Positions 63,055 through 64,000 of a stretch of 64,000 nt of DNA are shown here, in pieces; within the stretch, counting starts at the first letter, position 1, and every line of letters starts with the position of its first letter. The translations under genes and the position numbers were made by a program. Source of the DNA: an uncultured Thermoleophilia bacterium (GTDB lineage: Bacteria; Actinomycetota; Thermoleophilia; UBA2241); contig CAVPIV010000004.1 of the NCBI GenBank assembly GCA_963705085.1, positions 794,193 to 858,192 of the forward strand. Reading direction: 5' to 3'. The notes below the pieces were generated by a model, which was not told where the DNA came from, did no database searches, and was given only the letters and a program-made list of their open reading frames with translations.

Positions 63055-63807
63055 GTGAACGCGCTCGATGGGCAGATCGTGATCGTGACCGGAGCCGCTC
63101 GCGGCATCGGTCGCTGCGTCGCCGAGACGCTCGCCGACGAGGGAGCGCGCGTCGTGCTGGCGGACATCATGGCGGACGAGGTGGAAGCCGCGGCGACCGA
63201 GTTCGTGGGGCGCGGCCGCGACGCGATGGCCGCGCCCGTCGACATCACCAGCCCCGCCTCGGCCCAGGCGATGGTCGACCTGTGCGTCGCCCGCTTCGGC
63301 CGCGTCGACGCCGTCGTCAACAACGCCGGCCTCGACGCGCCGCCCGGGCTCCCGTGGGAGATCGACGAGGAGCACTGGCGCCGCGTGATCGACGTCGACC
63401 TGAGCGGGGCGTGGTTCTGCACGCGGGCGATCCTGCCGGCGATGATGGCCCAGCGCGCCGGCAGGATCGTCTTCGTGAGCTCGGTCACCGCGCGGGTGGC
63501 CGGCGACGGCGACACGTCGCCGGCCTACGCGGCCGCCAAGGCCGGCCTCGTCGGCCTGACGATCGCCCTCTCCGCCCAGCTCGAGCCGTACGGCATCCTC
63601 GTCAACGCGATCGCGCCGGGTCCGACGGGCTCGACCGGCGAGCCCTGGTCGCCCACGGGACGCGACGCGTACCTCGCACGGCACCCGCTCGGTTTCGGAG
63701 GGCCTCAGCCCATCGCCGACGGCGTGCGCTACCTCCTGGCGAGCTCCGGCGACTGGCTGAGCGGCGTCGTGCTGAACATCAGCGGCGGCGTGGTCCGCGG
63801 CATGTAG
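63055..63807 (+). CDS. Short-chain dehydrogenase/reductase (FabG-like)
   Basis: TGAARGIG Rossmann motif, NNAG, S..Y...K catalytic triad (YAAAKAG). Confidence 0.85.
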   Translation: MNALDGQIVIVTGAARGIGRCVAETLADEGARVVLADIMADEVEAAATEFVGRGRDAMAAPVDITSPASAQAMVDLCVARFGRVDAVVNNAGLDAPPGLPWEIDEEHWRRVIDVDLSGAWFCTRAILPAMMAQRAGRIVFVSSVTARVAGDGDTSPAYAAAKAGLVGLTIALSAQLEPYGILVNAIAPGPTGSTGEPWSPTGRDAYLARHPLGFGGPQPIADGVRYLLASSGDWLSGVVLNISGGVVRGM

Positions 63808-63847
63808 CCGCGGACCACGCCGCCGCCCAGCCTGCGACGCCCGCTCC

Positions 63848-64000
63848 TCACGCCTCGTGCTTGCGGGCCCCGAACGCCTCCTTGAGCTGCTTCTCCTCTT
63901 CCTCAGATAGGTTCGTGCGCACGACCTTGGCATTGGTACCCTCGATCGCCGCGAGGAACTTGTCCTCGACGGTCCAGCCCAGGATCAGGAACCAGCCCGC
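63848..64000 (-). CDS. C-terminal fragment of a hypothetical protein (continues beyond window)
   Basis: Minus-strand ORF ..WTVEDKFLAAIEGTNAKVVRTNLSEEEEKQLKEAFGARKHEA-stop. Confidence 0.35.
   Translation of the reverse strand, partial: AGWFLILGWTVEDKFLAAIEGTNAKVVRTNLSEEEEKQLKEAFGARKHEA

Overview
This 64 kb window has about 70% GC and gene order typical of Actinomycetota. It carries a single heat-shock supra-operon on the minus strand (dnaK, hsp20, grpE, dnaJ, hspR, clpB). It carries the conserved tRNA-Leu/fhaA/fhaB/pstP/rodA/pbpA/pknB division-kinase cluster and a topA-tmk-holB-yaaT-copZ block. A phosphatidylinositol cluster is present: CDP-alcohol phosphatidyltransferase, ino1, a PimA-like glycosyltransferase and a PHP phosphoesterase. 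Other housekeeping genes include serS, pheA, rlmD, a family-4 UDG and five tRNAs. The second half is metabolically unusual for this backbone. A complete CODH/ACS operon (cooS, acsB, acsD, acsC, RACo, cooC, acsE) is preceded by a cysteine-less HMA-fold protein. pylB and pylD (pyrrolysine biosynthesis) sit between serS and a tRNA-Ser with no pylC, pylS or pylT in the window. Earlier in the window is an uninterrupted MttB-superfamily methyltransferase. Several genes carry apparent single-base insertions: dnaK twice, tmk once, and possibly the ATP-grasp gene. The PimA-like gene is split by a 32-bp insertion flanked by an 8-bp direct repeat. Most long ORFs antisense to genes are Arg/Ala/Pro-rich shadow frames and were not called.
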